Assembly (NCBI RefSeq): GCF_023055435.1
Contig: NW_025964334.1
Location: 22,506,001 to 22,570,000, forward strand
Length of the DNA: 64,000 nucleotides
Direction of reading: 5' to 3'
Source: Haliotis rufescens
Lineage: Eukaryota
Shown here one piece after another: positions 62,547 through 64,000 of this stretch. Under the pieces are notes generated by a model. It made no database searches. It saw only the letters and a list, made by a program, of their open reading frames with translations, and was not told the DNA's origin. The position numbers and the translations under genes are program-made. Positions within the stretch are counted from its first letter, which is position 1, and every line of letters starts with the position of its first letter.

Positions 62547-64000
62547 CTGCAAGGGTCAATATAAATCAAGATAAAAGATGAAATCGGACACGTATATGTT
62601 ATGTATTACACATAATTAGAACTGGATTGTAAAAAGAACAACGAAAAACATACCACTGAATGTGAAAGCGTTTGCAGTATACCATAATATGGGAAAGTCT
62701 ACCAGTAAAGGGACCACATGGTTGATCACCGTTTAGGAGTTATCAGCAAAAATAAAGAGTATGTAAAACCTTAATTGTTACATATGAACTGTAATAATTA
62801 TGAAATCTGTCCATTTAAGCCTTTAAAATTGAAATTGTTCAGAGGTATCATAAAGGTACTACATGGTCGGACGCATTCGTATGCAGCGTTAAGTGAGCAC
62901 AGAGACGTCGCTGCAGAACACGCAGGGAAAGCAATATTTTATGTTCGCATCATAACAGCGGTCGCGATCAGTTTCTTACTGCCCCACATATGCGCTGACC
63001 AAGCTTCCGGCGAAGGAAAGTCCATGAATAATTCATGTTGACAGCAATGCGACTACGAAACAGTATATTTGTGTTTGTATGCCAAGAAAGGGACTGTATG
63101 ACAACTCAATTATTGTCCAAAATAATGACAATCATGCTTTTCTTAGAATAAAAGTTCAACTAAATATCACGTGCGTATTACGACCAAATCAAATAATGTA
63201 TTTTGTCCCCGGCATCCTTGTTTATACATATATAATATTATGTATGTATCTCGCAAACGATCGCAACGAAGTCATGCATCATGAAAAAAAGGAACACATT
63301 AAATAAGTATCTGCTTGTATGAGAAAAGTTTAGCGATTACAATATTGTTCTTAATGAAACAGAAACAATGCATTTCTTCTAACTAAATCAATCAAGCAGT
63401 ATCAGTTTATTGTACTGAGTGTACATTAATTTGTCACTTCAGGTTTCAAAATCCTGACCAGCACTTTATACATAGTGGTCCTTCAACGGAATTTGCTTAT
63501 CCACTAAACCAAATATTGTAGTTCCAGAAACCACAAACACCTCAAATTATAAAAAAACCCATTTGGATCTAATACTTTTGTCCCTAAAATAACGGTATTT
63601 TTGGGTGGGAATCATACCAATATACGTTAGATCATTTTGATTTGTGTGTGGAACCTTTGCAAAACTCACAATACCCTTTCACATTGAGACGAATGCGGTC
63701 AGAGCCCAACCTACGTCGTTGCTACACTGGACCAGGCTACCCACCACTTCCACTTTGTGAACGTATATCTCGTTGTTGTTCCCATCATAACTTCGTTGAT
63801 CCACAGATTCGTTTGTTAAGGATACCACGACATATTATTCCAGAAAACATGTTTCTGAAAGGATCCCATAACTTGCAATATATGTGGCGAATCATTTGAT
63901 AATCATCCCCATCAGCATATTGAATTGTGGGGAGATGACTGTTCTTATGATAACAGTGTGGATAGTAGACCAATCAATGTTCCTATTCCAATAGCTATTA

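Overview
Eukaryotic, repeat-rich, AT-rich genomic DNA with three assembly gaps. It is inferred to come from a marine invertebrate, most likely a mollusc such as abalone, judging by the SINE repertoire. No prokaryotic genes, rRNA, true tRNA or CRISPR array are present. Nearly all long ORFs in the track are tandem-repeat artefacts. Supported content: (i) a probable terminal exon and 3' UTR of a + strand EF-hand protein gene near 1.9-2.4 kb; (ii) four spliceable minus-strand exons (56.2-62.5 kb) encoding a Sushi/CCP domain and an FBXL4-N/pappalysin-like beta-sandwich domain, with one in-frame TAG; (iii) a complete, young Tc1 (DD34E) transposon with perfect TIRs in an intron of that gene; (iv) three Penelope-like element relics, one with an N-terminal GIY-YIG (Naiad/Chlamys layout), and a Gypsy RNase H-PPT-LTR relic; (v) four short retroposon families (labelled A-D here) with TSDs and related 3' ends, of which family C has no tRNA head and instead a fixed, potentially structured 5' end; (vi) MITEs, a HINE-like element, about 13 kb of minisatellite arrays and an inverted ~440-bp duplication. 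The best candidates for novelty are the family C 5' RNA module and the Sushi plus FBXL4-N-like gene. Neither can be confirmed as undescribed without database searches.
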